From positions 52,523,807-52,587,806 of the forward strand of contig NC_068984.1 of NCBI RefSeq assembly GCF_001194135.2: a stretch of DNA of 64,000 bases, written 5' to 3'. The position numbers and the translations under genes are program-made. The notes below the pieces were generated by a model, which saw only the letters and a program-made list of their open reading frames with translations, was not told where the DNA came from and made no database searches. Positions 24,796-38,974 of the stretch are shown piece by piece. The stretch is from Octopus bimaculoides. Taxonomy: Eukaryota. Numbering within the stretch: the first letter of the stretch is position 1; the number at the start of each line of letters is the position of its first letter.

Positions 24796-26564
24796 ATCTT
24801 CGTCTGTGTGTCTTTGTATTGTTGTTTGTCCCACCACCACCATTTGATAACTGATGCTGGTGTGTATGTCTTCACAGCTTAGCAGTTCATCAAAAGAGAC
24901 TGATAGAATAAGTACCAGGCTTTAAAAAATAAGTACTAAGGTCAGTTCATTTGGCTAAAAATTCTTCAGTCACATGACTGAAAGAAGTAAAAAATAAAAG
25001 AAAAGATATGTGAGAAAATGATAGTCATTATCGGTCAAGTTTTGAATAAAGTAGTTATTCATGCATAAATAACAAAGTGTTTTACTTTAACTTGATTTCG
25101 TTGAAGATTACAGTTGTATTCATCAACTTACTGTTGTATTGAAGTTTTTGGAGAGAACAGAACCAAATGAATGGTTCTTTCTTAATTCTCCTGGACACAC
25201 AAGAATTAAAATGGCTAATTTATTTATTTCATAGTTGTAGTAACAGTGAAAATTCCAGAATAATTTTGAAAACTATTGGAAGTTTATGAGATAGTATGTT
25301 GTGTGAAACATTTGATTCTGTTTAAATGGTGTAAAACGTCACACAGGTAGTATTGAATGTGCAGTCTTCTCACAGGTGGTATTGAATGTGCAGGTAGTAT
25401 TAAATGGGCAGGAAATAATGCCTCTGAAAGCTATATTCTCTGTTATACAATAGTTATCTATTCTTTTTTCACTTCACACAAAGAAGGAAACAATGAAAGA
25501 TATAATCTAGCATTACATGGAGAAATGCGATCATGAAAAGTAATATTCTTAAGATTATAAACCTGGAAAAGTACAGGGCAAGTTATTACATCTGGAAAAG
25601 TATAGGACAAGCTATTACTTCTAGTAAAGTAAAGAATAAGAAACTTTTTACGTAAAATATTGCAGCAAAGAATGCCACTTCTTCTAATTTATCACTCTTT
25701 ACAGTTTTCATCTTTTAAATTTATTGTTCAAAATTGTTCAGCTAATTTGTAAGTTTGTCTAATTAGTCACTTTTTCCAGGCATTGCTATTATAAGATAAT
25801 TAATAATGTGTCAATTAATAATTTAAGATTTTAACTTATAAAATACTGAAAGATAATATTTCAATTTTTTCATATAAGTGATGATAATATTTCAATTTTT
25901 TTCATGTTTAGTTTAAAAATATGTTGTGATTGAATTATTTGATATTACCCATTTACACCAAATTAATGGCAGGGAATTTTACCATCTTGTTGGTTGCACC
26001 ATGGCTCACCATAAGTTACGAACAGCAAGACCCCAGAACCATCAGTTACCAGGCTCACCTTAAGTAACCTAGATCTTGAGTTGGTGATAATAGCACTGAC
26101 TGTTGCTAATCTAGATCTATCAATAATTATTCAATACAGCAATAATTATAAAAGCATATCAGATATACACAAGTTAAAATTACCTACATCCCATTAATAT
26201 AAATTTGATTTATGAAAAATCTCTTAATTAATTTTGAAATTTAGAAAGTAAATTTAGAATATAAGCACTTTAACCAATGCCTTTTCTGGACAGCCCTACT
26301 ACATGCCTTCAGGTTTGCCCATAGAGACACAGCCAAAAATGACTATATTCCTTCCCCAATAAATTTAGATGCACATATCTGAAGCATATAACACATTAAT
26401 GAACTAGCCTGATTAAATAATTAACTAAAAAAAAAAAGGAAAGCAACTAAAAAGGAAAAGCAAAACAAGCTTTCTGCAAGTTAATTAAAGCTGAAAGAGA
26501 AAATCAATAATAAAAGTTAAACTTACCCTAATTCAACAGCATGTTAAAAATAGCTTTATTAAAT

Positions 26565-26700
26565 ATTTCATTAAAAAACAAAATATATGAAAGGTAAAGT
26601 CGGCCTCGGTGGAATTTGAACTCAGAATGAAAAGACAGACAAAATACCACGAAGCATTTCAGTTGACATGCTAATGTTTCTGCCAACTCGTTGCCTTAAA
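26565..26700 (-). mobile_element. SINE family C head fragment
   Basis: aaaggtaaagtcggcctcggtggaatttgaactcagaa...gctaatgtttctgccaactcg matches 21745-21846. Confidence 0.65.
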
Positions 26701-26819
26701 ACTTAAACATTCATTTTAGAAATATATTCTTATCTTAACATTATTCCTTGGAGTGTTACTTTTTACCTCCTCACTTACTGACAATAAATTACATGACATT
26801 TCACCTCATAACTTTTTTC

Positions 26820-27075
26820 TACTAATTTTTGTTCAATGCAACTAACCTAGTGATGCCATCAGATGGTGTAAAGGTGGCTCTGTATGCTACCGCCCTTGAG
26901 AGGCAGGATCCTTCTAGTAGATGGGTGGAGGAGTTTCGACAGTTGCAGGTTGAGTTTGAGGGTTGTGAGGGTGCATTTTTATGTCTGTTGATGTGGACGA
27001 TGTAAGAAGTGATGTTGTCTAAGCAGGAGAAGTGCACCTTGAGCTTATGGGGTTGAAGAGTTTGTAATACTTATG
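26820..27075 (-). mobile_element. Penelope-like element fragment (linker into GIY-YIG endonuclease)
   Basis: ORF 26822-27037 (-): FSCLDNITSYI..INRHKN...TCNCRNSSTHLLEGSCLSRAVAYRAT, cf. Penelope YSC..N...II..HN.K...CNCR....CPL.G.CL....VY.AT. Confidence 0.75.
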
Positions 27076-27254
27076 ACCTCCAGGGAAATGTTTTTTAATT
27101 AACGACAGGAAGCCCCTGGATATGTTTCCCTTCTAATCACATACTTTCAGGTTCAGTCTTGCATGGCACCTTGGGAAAATGTTTTTTACTATAGCCCTGG
27201 GCCAACCAAAACCTTGTGAGTGGATTTTGTCGATGAAAACTAGAAGAAGCCTGT

Positions 27255-27290
<36 letters not shown>

Positions 27291-27519
27291 CATATGTTTG
27301 TGCCTCCTTGTCTTAACATTATATGATAGTTGTAAACAAGTGGTGTCCTTGTTGTGTTCTTCATTTATCCATCATGGGGAATATTACCTTACTTAAAAAC
27401 AGGTGAGTGTTGGCGATAAGAACGGCATTGAGTCATACAAAATCTGGCTCAATACATTCCATGTGATCCATGCAAGGATGGAAAAGTGAAATCAGTTAAA
27501 ATAGTGATGATGGTTATGA

Positions 27520-27797
27520 TGACTCAAGGGGATCCATCCACCACAGCAGAATTGATACTGGTGCTGATGCCACATAAAAAGCACTGATGCTGGTGTCACA
27601 TAAAGAGCGCTCATGCTTGTGCCATGTTAAATGCACTGGTGCTGGTGCCACATAAAAAGCACCCAGTACACTCTGTGGAGTGGTTGGCATTAGGAAGGAT
27701 ATCCAGCCACAGAAATCATTTCAGAACAGACAATAGAGCTTGGTGTAGCCCTCGGCCTTATCAGCTCTGGAAAAGAGATGTGAAATGATGATGATGA

Positions 27798-27800
<3 letters not shown>
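27520..27800 (+). mobile_element. RTE 3' UTR copy with four tandem ~24-nt units
   Basis: gtgctg(a/g)tgccacataaaaagcac repeated about four times at 27557-27665, then gtggttggcattaggaagg and a (gat)n tail. Confidence 0.7.
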
Positions 27801-27835
<35 letters not shown>

Positions 27836-27876
27836 GAATGTGTGTTTGTATATGTGTATATGTGTGTGTGTGTGTG

Positions 27877-27928
<52 letters not shown>

Positions 27929-28408
27929 CACACATATATATATACACATACACACATGAATGTGCATGTATTTACTTTAATGGTATTCACATCCATGAGG
28001 TTGTTGAGATGACACAGCAGTTCAATAAACTCATTGAGAAAATATGTACCGAACTTTAAAATAATAACTGGAGATGATATACTTGAATAAGATCTTGAAG
28101 TCATTGCCCCTGCATAGCTGTAAACCAATAATCAGTAAAAGACTAAATGTATAAAAATATATAAATACCATGCTTAATTAATTAGCCTAGATTAATTATA
28201 CTCATAACAATTGCCTTATTATATTTAATTTGCTTGACACAACTGTCTTTAGTTAAACGCACGGTTTAACCTTTACATATGCATTTATACACACTCCCAC
28301 ATACATGTGTGTGTGTAATACGCAAGCAGGCAAACATACATGCATACAGAAAATCCTAGCACTTTCTTCTGTTCTTGTGGCAAAATATTTCTTTTGTATA
28401 TCATCATC

Positions 28409-29030
28409 ATCGTCATCGTTTAATGTCCGCTTTCCATGCTAGCATGGGTTGGACAATTTGACTGAGGACTGGTGAACCAGATGGCTCCACCAGGCTCCAA
28501 CCTGATTTGGCAGAGTTTCTACAGCAGGATGCCTTTCCTAACGCCAACCACTCCAAGAGTGTAGTGGGTGCTTTTACGTGCCACCGGCACGAAGGCCAGT
28601 CAGGCGGTACTGGCAACGGCCATGCTCAAAATGGTGTATTTTACGTGCCACCTGCACAGGAGCCAGTCCAGCGGTACTGGCAACGATCTCGCTGGAATGT
28701 CTTTACACGTGCCACNNNNNNNNNNCCAACCACTCCAAGAGTGTAGTGGGTGCTTTTACGTGCCACCGGCACGAAGGCCAGTCAGGCGGTACTGGCAACG
28801 GCCATGCTCAAAATGGTGTATTTTACGTGCCACCTGCACAGGAGCCAGTCCAGCGGTACTGGCAACGATCTCGCTGGAATGTCTTTACACGTGCCACTGG
28901 CACAAGTGCCAGGAAGGCGACGCTGGGCACAGGTGCCATCACAATTTCAGTTTCGCTTGCCCCAACAGGTCTTCGCAAGCCGAGTTTCATGTCCAATGAA
29001 GGAGACGATGTTGGCATGGGTGCCAGTCAT
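28409..29030 (-). mobile_element. young RTE 3'-UTR subfamily copy (contains an assembly duplication)
   Basis: (cat)n gtttaatgtccgctttccatgctagcatgggttgg... with GC-rich hairpin units; 28546-28715 is repeated identically after a 10-N gap. Confidence 0.75.
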
Positions 29031-30016
29031 CGAATTTAGTTCGAATTCAGAAACACTACAAACAGGGAGAGAAGGTAAGAGACAGACGGAGAAAGAAAAA
29101 GAAAATGCAATAACTAAAGATGCAGTGATGTCACTAACTTTGTAACATCATGATATTCCGGCACTACTCCTTTGTATTCATGCTTACGTCTCCATTTCCT
29201 TCACTTACACACTCTTCCTCTTGCACATATCTCTATCTCTCTCTCCCTCACCTTTGTATCTTTCTCTATTTGAGTTACTTCTCTTAACATTATGCAAGAG
29301 GTAGGTAGGTAAGAACATACTACTGTACTAATGTAATACAGATATGGAACAAATTGCAATATCTGATATCCTTAATTGTTTCAGAGAGTCTTTTGATAGC
29401 ACAAGTAATATATATATATATATAGCCAACATGTGCTGGTGGCACATAAAAGGCATTTGTGCAAGTGACACGTAAAAGGCACCCATGCCAATGAGACATA
29501 AAAGACACCCAGTTCACTCGGTCGAGTGGTTGGTATTAGGAAGTGCATCCAGCCATAGAAACCAAGCCAAAACAGACAATGGAACCTGGTTTGACTCTCA
29601 GCCTTGCCAACACCAGTCAAATCATCTTATGTCAGCATGGAAAATGGATACTAAATGATGATGGTGATGATGATGATGAACACATATAGGTATTCAGAGT
29701 AGAATCAATGCAACTAAATGTGCAACATTCATTCCCAGTTTTTGCCATTCTGTAAACCCTTTTGTTACTGTTTCATTTAAAATACATTGCAAAGGGTTCT
29801 GAAGAAATAGTGAATGTACTGCTTGATATATTTTGAGAACAAATTCATTTAATCTGAAATGTGTTTCAATTTGTCTGAGGATTTATTATGTAGCAAAAAG
29901 ATTGATTTTGATTCAGATGGGACTCTACCTTAAATTAAGCATCATCATTTTATAAATATGTTTTTTAGTTTTCACTTGTCTGAAAGTAATAGCTAAATGC
30001 AAAAACAGAAGGGCCT

Positions 30017-30642
30017 CCACCATGAAAGGAGGATTACATCAGAATCCTTGCTGAAAACGTGAAGGAATCCACTGAGAAACTCCAACTCGGCCACAACTAG
30101 AAGTCCAGCAGGACAATGCTCCAAAACATACCACCAAGGTAGTGAAGAAATGGTTCAAGGACAATGATGTCAATGTCCTAGAATGGCCAAGTCAGAGTCC
30201 TGACCTGAATCTGATTGAGAACTTGTGGTGAAACTTGAAGACCAGAGTGATGGCTAGGAAACGGAGAAATGTGACCCAGTTCGAGGCTTTCGCCAAAAAA
30301 GAGTGGACCAAGATACCACAGGAGAGATGCAGGAAGCTTGTGGACATGTACATGAATCGTCTACAAGCAGTCATAAAAAACAAAGGCTATGCTATTGATT
30401 ATTAAAGGAAAACCTTAAGCCTCAGTAAACCTACCATTGAAAATAATTTTGAACATGGCATTTTTTGAAAATCCATGATTAAAATACCCCCAAAATGAAG
30501 AATTTCTTGAATTGTATATTGTTGTTATTTTTTCAGTTGTTGGTCACATATAACTGATAAACAAACTTGACAAAATGCTATCATCACAAAAATAAAAAAT
30601 CACAAAAATTAACAAGGGTATGAATAATTCTGGAGGTAACTG
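30017..30642 (+). mobile_element. Tc1-like DD34E transposon, 3' half with right TIR
   Basis: [44 protein letters not shown]...IPQERCRKLV...RLQAVIKNKGYAIDY* (stop 30403-30405), with 34 residues between D and E. End gggtatgaataattctggaggtaactg|TA at 30642-30644. Left TIR not found. Confidence 0.92.
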
Positions 30643-30999
30643 TATGTATGTCAATGATGTATATTAGTGAAAACTGAAGAACAGGTGCTTCACAAACAAA
30701 ATCACTTGAGATATTTGTCCTGCACCAAATTACAGATATTTCTTTGTCACTCATGCATTGAGAATACAACAATCCAGTGACTGGCTCTTTGGGAAACCTA
30801 TAATCAATAATGCTATTATCCACAGATTGCTATATAAATAAAATTAGAGTAAATGAACTAAATTCTAACACAAAATTAATTGACAAGGTATTAATTGGGT
30901 TCATAGATCTGGGTTACATCTTTGGACGTGGCACTGGATTGATATCAGTAAAATATATATGTGGAATCACCAAGGATTGCCTGCTGTAAAATACTGCCA

Positions 31000-31217
31000 G
31001 TACCATCTGACTGGCCTTCGTGCTGGTGGCACATAAAAGCATCCACTACACTCTCGGAGTGGTTGGTGTTAGGAAGGGTATCCAGCTGTAGAAACTCTGC
31101 CAAATCAGATTGGAGCCTGGTGTAGCCATCTGGTTCACCAGTCCTCAGTCAAATCATCCAACCCATGCTAGCATGGAAAGCGGACGTTAAACTATGATGA
31201 TGATGATGATGATGATA
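31000..31217 (+). mobile_element. young RTE 3'-UTR subfamily fragment
   Basis: ctgccagtaccatctgactggccttcgtgctggtggcacataaaagcatccactacactctcggagtggttgg...gcggacgttaaactatgatgat. Confidence 0.75.
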
Positions 31218-34200
31218 TGATGTTGTCGAGCAATTCCTACTTTTACGATATTTGATGAAACTATTTTGCTATTATTTCATTTATCATTCCTTGGAGGTGT
31301 GGGTCCAGAAACAGGACTAACATCCTCATCCAGATGCCAGGTTTGAAGCACTCTTAGTTTTCTCCACTTCTCTACTGGTTCAACATGATTGGTATTAGCC
31401 AACTTTACCCACAGGATCACTTAGCAGCCACCTCATGATGACAATGTGTAACAGCAATAAGGACCTGGTGAAGGATCCATGAACCCCAGAAACAAGTGAA
31501 CATATACAAAAACGCTATGGTTAGGCCTCAGTAGAACAGCAGTTAACTTACACTGATGGGGATATTGTGAATCCCCTTTATCCCTGTTGTATGGCTTAGC
31601 CACATCAATCTTGGGTGGGATGTAGAACGATCAATGAAGCTGATAAGATATTCATCAATATTGGATTTCAAATGTAAATTTGGAAGTGAGAGACACCATA
31701 TAAAACAATAAACTTGTTTATCATTCATTAGTTATTTTATTTGTTTACAGGCTCCTCAATGTTTGTTAATCAATATAGTTTTAACATTGTGGAAAGCACT
31801 GTTAATACTCCTAGTCTCAGTTCTCTCCTTCACTCCTACCCCCATGCTAACAAGCATCCATCAAGCGAACAGAAATTCAAGCTATTCAATGGAGTCAAAT
31901 CTCATTAACTTCATTCAGCTGGCTGAGAAGGTTACAGAGATCATGAACACCAGCCATCCTTCTCTTACTACATAATGTTCTAAAATACTGCAAGCAAGTA
32001 TTGCTAACATAGATTGGCAGAATGTGGTGGGAGAGTAATTGCTCAATATGAAGTTAGAGAAGGCAAACGGAGAAGACAACACAGGTTTTAGTTCAAATTC
32101 ATCGAAAACTAATGTAGACTTAAATACTTGTGAAGTTAATATAGAAAACTGCACAAATTATCTGCAAAATTTGAAATACTTAAATCAGTGTTAATATATT
32201 TAAAACAGGGAACATTTAAAAGTTAACTACAAACAATTATATATTGAAAAGCAGAGGTGATGGGGCCATATAAAAAGCATTGGTACTGGTATCACATAAA
32301 AAGCACCTTGTAAAGTGGTTGGCATTAAGAGGGGCAACCTGCCAGAACAGACAATGGAACCTGGTGTGACTCCTAATCTAGCCAGCTCCTGTCAAACTGC
32401 CCAACTCATGCCAGCATGGAAAACAGTCATTAATGATGAAGTTGCAGGCATGATTGTGTAGTAAGAAGTTTCATAACTACATGCATGGCACCTTGGGCAA
32501 GAGTCTCCTACTTTAGCCTTGGGCCAACCTAAAAGCCTTGTGATTGGATTTAATAGATGGAAACTGAAAGAAACTTGTCTTATATATATTTATGCGTGCG
32601 TGTGTGTAAGTATATACATATATATGTAAGTAGTATGTGCGTGTTTCGTGCCTTGACATCTCTTGATAATTGTAAATGATTGTCAGTCATACAAGCTGTG
32701 TTATTCATTTCCAGTATTCTGCAAAATCATGTCTGGTCATGAGGAAATATTATCTTGGCTTGGAAACAGATGAGGGTTGGCAGCAGGGAGGGCATCTGAT
32801 CATAAATAACCTGTTTCAATAAAACTCCATCCAATCAATGCAAGCATGGAAAAGTGAATGTTAAAATGATGACGACAACGAGTATGGATAGAAAAACAAA
32901 AACAAAAAAACAATATTATTCAGTGACAAATTTTAATCTATTTATTTTGCTAAATACAGGAATCAACTCTGGATATGATAGAGAATTATTATGACCTTGT
33001 CAGTAAAGCATAAACTTCAGGAAACATGTTAAAACAGTGATGGAAGGATCAGTGGTGTAACAGGAGTTCGCAGTTCTTGAAGGCAAAGATACTTTCGGTA
33101 CAGCTGCCTTGGTGAAAATGAGGTGATAGGTTTGAGGAAGTTTTGTGCCTCTTCACATATATGTGCTCTGAGGCAACCGCTCTCTAGGCCATTTCTTGCT
33201 GTACCTCTGGTCTTCAACAGATAATGAAAGCTGTTTAATTGAGTATTCTAATGATCTGTAAAGGTCAATCACCAAAGCAAGCTGTTCAATTAGATTAACA
33301 CCACTGGAGTCTGACAGTGAGGAATATTTTGAAAGTGTGGAATGTTTAAGTTCAGTTATATAAGCTTAATTCCATTTTCGCATATCAGAGTATTATATAA
33401 CGTCTGCCAAGAAATTATGTAAACTAAAACAAATTAAGATTGAAATTTAGGTTTTAAACTTTTTTTTTAATGTTTTAATGAGAAATCATGTATACATATG
33501 TACACACACACACATGCACATATATTTGCATATGTACCAGTGTTCAAGTTTATATTTATGGGAAGATTCCAAATTAGTAGAGAATAATGCTATCTAATCA
33601 TTTCTATTTGAATGATGAGTCGCTCAAGAACACCCAAGTGGTTCACTTGCAGCTGTACTGCTGCAGGACATGTGAGGAACATTGCCTGCTGTAACTAGAA
33701 AAATTTAACACCTTACCAATTGGAGGTATCTTCCCACCATTGAAATGTCTGCAAAACTACTACATATTAAGGCATGGGCACACAGGGCAGTTCTCCAGGG
33801 GTCTCACGAGTCTAAGGGCCCAGTTTTAATCTATGTATGCAGTTGTAAGCTGTCAATAAACACGAAAGAGCCCAGTGCATTGATTCACTGGGAGACCTAT
33901 AATGCTGCAAAGATGGACCTGTTATCAGAAAAACAAAGGACACTTTCATATATTGTATAGCTTGGAAGTTCCCTTTCCCTTCCAAATTACAGAAGAACTT
34001 TGGTTCTCTACTAAGAAGATATATACTGACTTTACAGAATATTCCCACTAAAATGTCTGACTATTTTGCTTCCCATTCCATTCTGAATTCTCACAATAGA
34101 ACTTCTCCTGGAGTTCCCACTCCACCTCCCTCAGCAATGTGTACATTTTAATCATGAAGTGTGAAAACTTAGATACCTTATATTTAGGAAAGTGAGTTTT

Positions 34201-34227
34201 CTATTTCTCTCTAATAGTAAACTCTTG

Positions 34228-35000
34228 AACTAGCTCTTATCTTTGCCAGACTTTTCCATCTTTCTCTTTTCCCAAGGACCTATCCTATTCCATGGAAACA
34301 CACAGCAATGTGGCCCATTCCCAAGAAAGGTTCCCCCCATCAAACTATACCAGCTACTGATCTATCACCCTTACTTCATACATTTCAAAGACTGAGTTAA
34401 CAAGGCAGCCTTTATATAGTTGCTTGACCTTATGGAAATAGCAGCCAAATTTCCTTCACATCACAGCCAACATCTTAAAAATGGACATTTGGATAATTTG
34501 GTTCTAGGTTCTCTGCAGACAGGAAAAAATGGAATAGTCACATTCATGTGCCTCTAATCATAGATCTACTTGATCAGAGTTGACATAGGGTGAAACAACA
34601 TCAACAAAATCTCAAAGATTATAGAAACAGTTGATAACTTCTTTCATATCTTTGTGACTGTCTCACATCTAAATGACCACTAGTATAGTTTGTGTTGAGC
34701 CAGAGTTACCAGAATCTCTATTTCATATGTTACACACCAGTATTTTTTCAACCTAGAAAAATTTAGGGAAATCAATGTTGTTGCCTTGACCATAGTATGT
34801 TTGGTATAAGAACCTTGCCACTAAGTTGCCTACCTTCTGTCTGTCTCTAAATCTTGGACTGAAAATTTCCTCTCAGACTGGCCGATTGCAACATGAACTG
34901 ACAGGATTCTCCATTATCCACAATTTAGAAACACTGATGTTCTCTGAGGCTTGGTTACAGTTCTCCCACAGTCCCTTGATTATATTATTGACCTTTGAGT
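34228..35000 (+). mobile_element. CR1/Jockey-group LINE RT relic, interrupted by other repeats
   Basis: 34228-34350 open frame ELALIFARLFHLSLFPRTYPIPWKHTAMWPIPKKG, cf. L..LF..S...G.FP..WK.A.V.PIPKKG. 34826-35000 is a decayed copy of the later RT segment. Confidence 0.6.
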
Positions 35001-36042
35001 GGTGGTCAGAAAACTACAGGGAAAATAATACAGGATCCATTTCCATAAAATATTCAATATAATATGGTAGTTTTTTATATGTGAGAGGTACAGCATTGAC
35101 TAAATGTATGGCATGCAAATGGGGCCTATATGAGGTGGGTACAGTGATACATCTGAACCTGAAAATTTACTTGGAACTCAAAAAAGGTTTGCATATATTG
35201 AAGACTAGCATTCACACAAAGAAAAGAAGTATAAAAGAAACTTTATTCTCTCAGATAAAATTCTTTTGAAAGGTTCTGGCTTGTAGGCTTCTTGAATGAT
35301 TGGTTGGTTCGTATATCACAAACATGGTACAATCACATTACTTATTCAATAAGTAGGAAAAGGAGCAAGAAAAAGAAGAGAGAGGGAGGGGGAGAGAGAG
35401 GGACACACTGATGGTACAATGCCTAATTCACTGAAATCTGATGCACAGCTTCATGGTTCATAATTTCAAGGTTGGACTTATTCTCACACACTCTATGGCC
35501 AATCTAATATCACATAGTTGACTTTGAATACATGCAGTTGTTTCTTCCTTAATTTATCAATGCAAAAGTAAGCAATGTTTTACATTCAATTCTTTTATAT
35601 TCCTTTTATTTTATTTCCATTGACCTTTAGCGACATTGATGGATAACAATTATGATGGATAACAAAGAATTTTCAAAAGAAATAAATTTACACCAAATAG
35701 TTTACCTAAAACACTCTTGAAGCATTTACAATATGACAAGCAAGAATGTAAGAAGTAAGCTATCAATTAAAACATTACACTAAATAGAATGCCAGTTTTC
35801 AATTGCATATTCGTTTATTCTTTACTTGTTTCAGTCATTTGATTATGGTCATGCTGGAGTATTGCCTTGAAGGATTTTTTAGTTGAAGAAGTCAACCCCA
35901 GGACTTATTCCTTGTAAGCCTAGTACTTATTCTATCAGTCTCTTTTGCCAAACTACTGAGTTACGGGGACATAAACACACCAGCACTGGTTGTCAAGCAA
36001 TGGCAGGGGGATAAACACAGACACACACAAATAAATATATAC

Positions 36043-36096
<54 letters not shown>

Positions 36097-38490
36097 CAGG
36101 CTTCTTTCAATTTCCATCTACCAAATCTACTCACAAGACTTTGGTCAGCCCAAGGCTATAATAGAAGACACCTGCCCAAGGTGCCATGCAGTGGGACTGA
36201 GCCTAAAACCATGTGGTTAGGAAGTAAGCTTCTTACCACACACCCACACAGTTTCAGCCAAATATTGTTTACTTTTGCATTGCTAAATTAAGGAAGAAAC
36301 AACAGCATTTATTCAACATCAACTGATGTGTGAAATTAGGTTGGCCAGAGAACAGTGGCAATCATAATATTAACAAATAAAAAAAAAAAATAAAAAAGAA
36401 GCAGTTATGTCAGTCAGGAAATGCATAATCAAACAGATATATTTACTACTGCATTTTTCTCGGTTTATGAACTGACAAATGTAATGTTTGTTAAATATTA
36501 CATAAATATGTAATTGAATTAATAAATCTCAAGAATCCAGTGAGACATCTTTTGTTTTAACCAATATTCAAAAATGCTGCCAAAATTGAGTTAGCAATAA
36601 TGTGGGAATAGACAAAGTACCCTATAAGAGAAATAATATTAACAATAATTTCTGTTTAAATTTGTTGATCAGAATTGAGATTATCCAAGCCTTTACTATC
36701 TATCACTCTGACACAGTATACATAAGCTATCATTGTGGATGGTGTTCAACAGCAATTGCATTTATATCTTCTAGACTTTGTATTACAGTTTCAATTGTAT
36801 GAAAACATCCACAGGTACTACTGCCTACTTTGCTACATTTTCTAGATGTGTAAGGGCTCATTTCACCTTCATTACTAGCTAGAGCAACTGATTGAAAGTT
36901 AACTTACAATTTGGAATTAGAGAACATTAGTGATTTTTAGATTGTGTTTTCTTACTTGTAAATGATGCAAGAGATCCCAACCCATCATCGTTTTATGCCT
37001 GTTTTTCTCTCCTTGCATGGAAAAAAGTACCACTTGTCATGGTCACTCATTATCTTTGCCAATTTTCGACATCTAAAAGCAGAGCTTATCTCCTGATTTT
37101 GGGAGTACTCTGTCCAACCAGTAATTTGCCAGTTTGAACAGGAAGACCCACAACCAGAGTAGATAATCTAGCAATATGAAACTGTGGCCTCATCCTACAT
37201 TGGATTGAAGACAAGCAGGATGTAAATAAATGAAGTTTGCTTAAAACATTTAATCTTGTTACAACAGTATTTCCATGCTAACTTTGCTTAAGGACAAAAA
37301 TTGTGTTAGTGTAATTTATTCTACTATTATAGCCACAATGTTATAACTCTAAATATTTACTTTGCTTAATACTCTTTCTGTTTGAAGAGTGAGCCAGCAT
37401 ACTCATGAAGTGCATTTTGAAGTTATCATCTAGTTTGCTGGCAATATTACTAATATAAAAAACAAAATTGCTTGAAGTGTCATATAACTATGAATTTTAA
37501 ACTCAAATCCCATAAGGTCAACTTTGGCTTTCATCTTTTTGAAGGTCAATAAAACAAGTACTAGGTGAGTACTGGAATTGATGTCATCAACTATACTCTT
37601 CATAAGTGTAGCAAAAGGGAAGTGAGGAGGGCTGTTGTTCCTGGTTGCAAGGGTAAAGAGGCACAAAATTTCTTACAGCCTATCATGCCAGTTAATTAAA
37701 GGTGAGGGAGCCAAAAGTGTTTTTGACCCCAAGAACCACTGCCCACTACACCACTGACACACTCCCTCGAATTTGAATAGTTGCATCCATGTGAGAAATC
37801 AATATTATAAACGGTATATGTTTTCATACTTTCACACATTGCGTAGACATTCCATCTAATTGTATTTCAAGTTTTAATGATGATAATGTTTAAAGAAAAA
37901 AACAAAGGAATAATTCATCACAAGTATAAAGTGAGCAACAACCAATAAAACTACATTACATACAGCCATATGATGAAAGACCTTTCCTTTCCCCAAATAT
38001 CATATTTCTGATAATCTGATATTAGGAAATAGTTACTCATTAACTTTCAAGTAGTTAATCAACATATAATTTGATTCATGGGAACTCTCTCTCTCCCCCC
38101 TCTCTCTCGTTGTAAACATCAAATTAAGGAGAATTGTTGTGCCATGTTGGACATATGTATGGTATATATATATAGTACTTTATATATGAAATTTAGCACA
38201 AGTAACAATAATACATTTATATATGGTAACTAACATGCAATTTTACATGGTATTTTTATGTAATTGATATATATATTACATACAATATTTATGTGAAGTG
38301 TTTAACATGACTGACAAGTATAATTTCGATATTTGGAGTTAAACATAACAGACAAGATACCTTTAGTGAGAAAAAGAAAATTTAAAAAGAAACGAAAAAC
38401 ATATCTATAAACAAATTTGAGAGAGAGACTCTATAGTGTAATCAGTAATGTGATCCAACCAAACATACACACACACATATTATGTATATA

Positions 38491-38700
38491 TCTATATATA
38501 TAAAACTGAGAATGCGTCTGTCTGTATGTGTGCATCACTAAAACTCAAGAACTACCCAACCGATTTCATTCAAATTTTACACATGCCTTACTTAGTGTCC
38601 ATGCAGTGTCATGGACCAAAAACAACTTTCACCTTCTTGCCTAATGCGAGCCCGGAGCAATCTCTTATCCCTTACACTATTGTAATGTGAGATACTTTCA
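38491..38700 (+). mobile_element. non-autonomous Helitron-like 5' end
   Basis: A|TCTATATATATAAAACTGAGAATGcgtctgtctgtatgtg...cccaaccgatttcattcaaatttt; a similar start lies at ~41276 (tcttatctataaaaggcaga). Confidence 0.5.
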
Positions 38701-38974
38701 GTTTAATAGTTTCGCTATTAATACTGAAACTGTTAAAGTGAAACTATTATCATATATGCATGTATGTATGTGTATATACATCTGCGCATATGTATGTATA
38801 TATATAGATTCATATGTATATGTATGTATATATGTGTGTATATATATATGTATAAATATATGTATGCATGTATATATGTGTACAAATATATGTATATATA
38901 TATGTATATATATTTATATGTATATATGTATGTATATATACGTATATACATGTGTATATATAGGGTTTGGGTGT

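Noticed and set aside
28546-28895. Perfect 170-bp tandem duplication with a CRISPR-like repeat/spacer look
   Set aside because: The two copies are identical and separated by a 10-N gap, typical of unmerged contig overlap. The units belong to an RTE 3' UTR; there are no cas genes and the DNA is eukaryotic.
30670-30800. Minus-strand mini-exon RFPKEPVTGLLYSQCMSDKEIS
   Set aside because: The donor is weak, no homology is recognised, and there is no compatible neighbouring exon.
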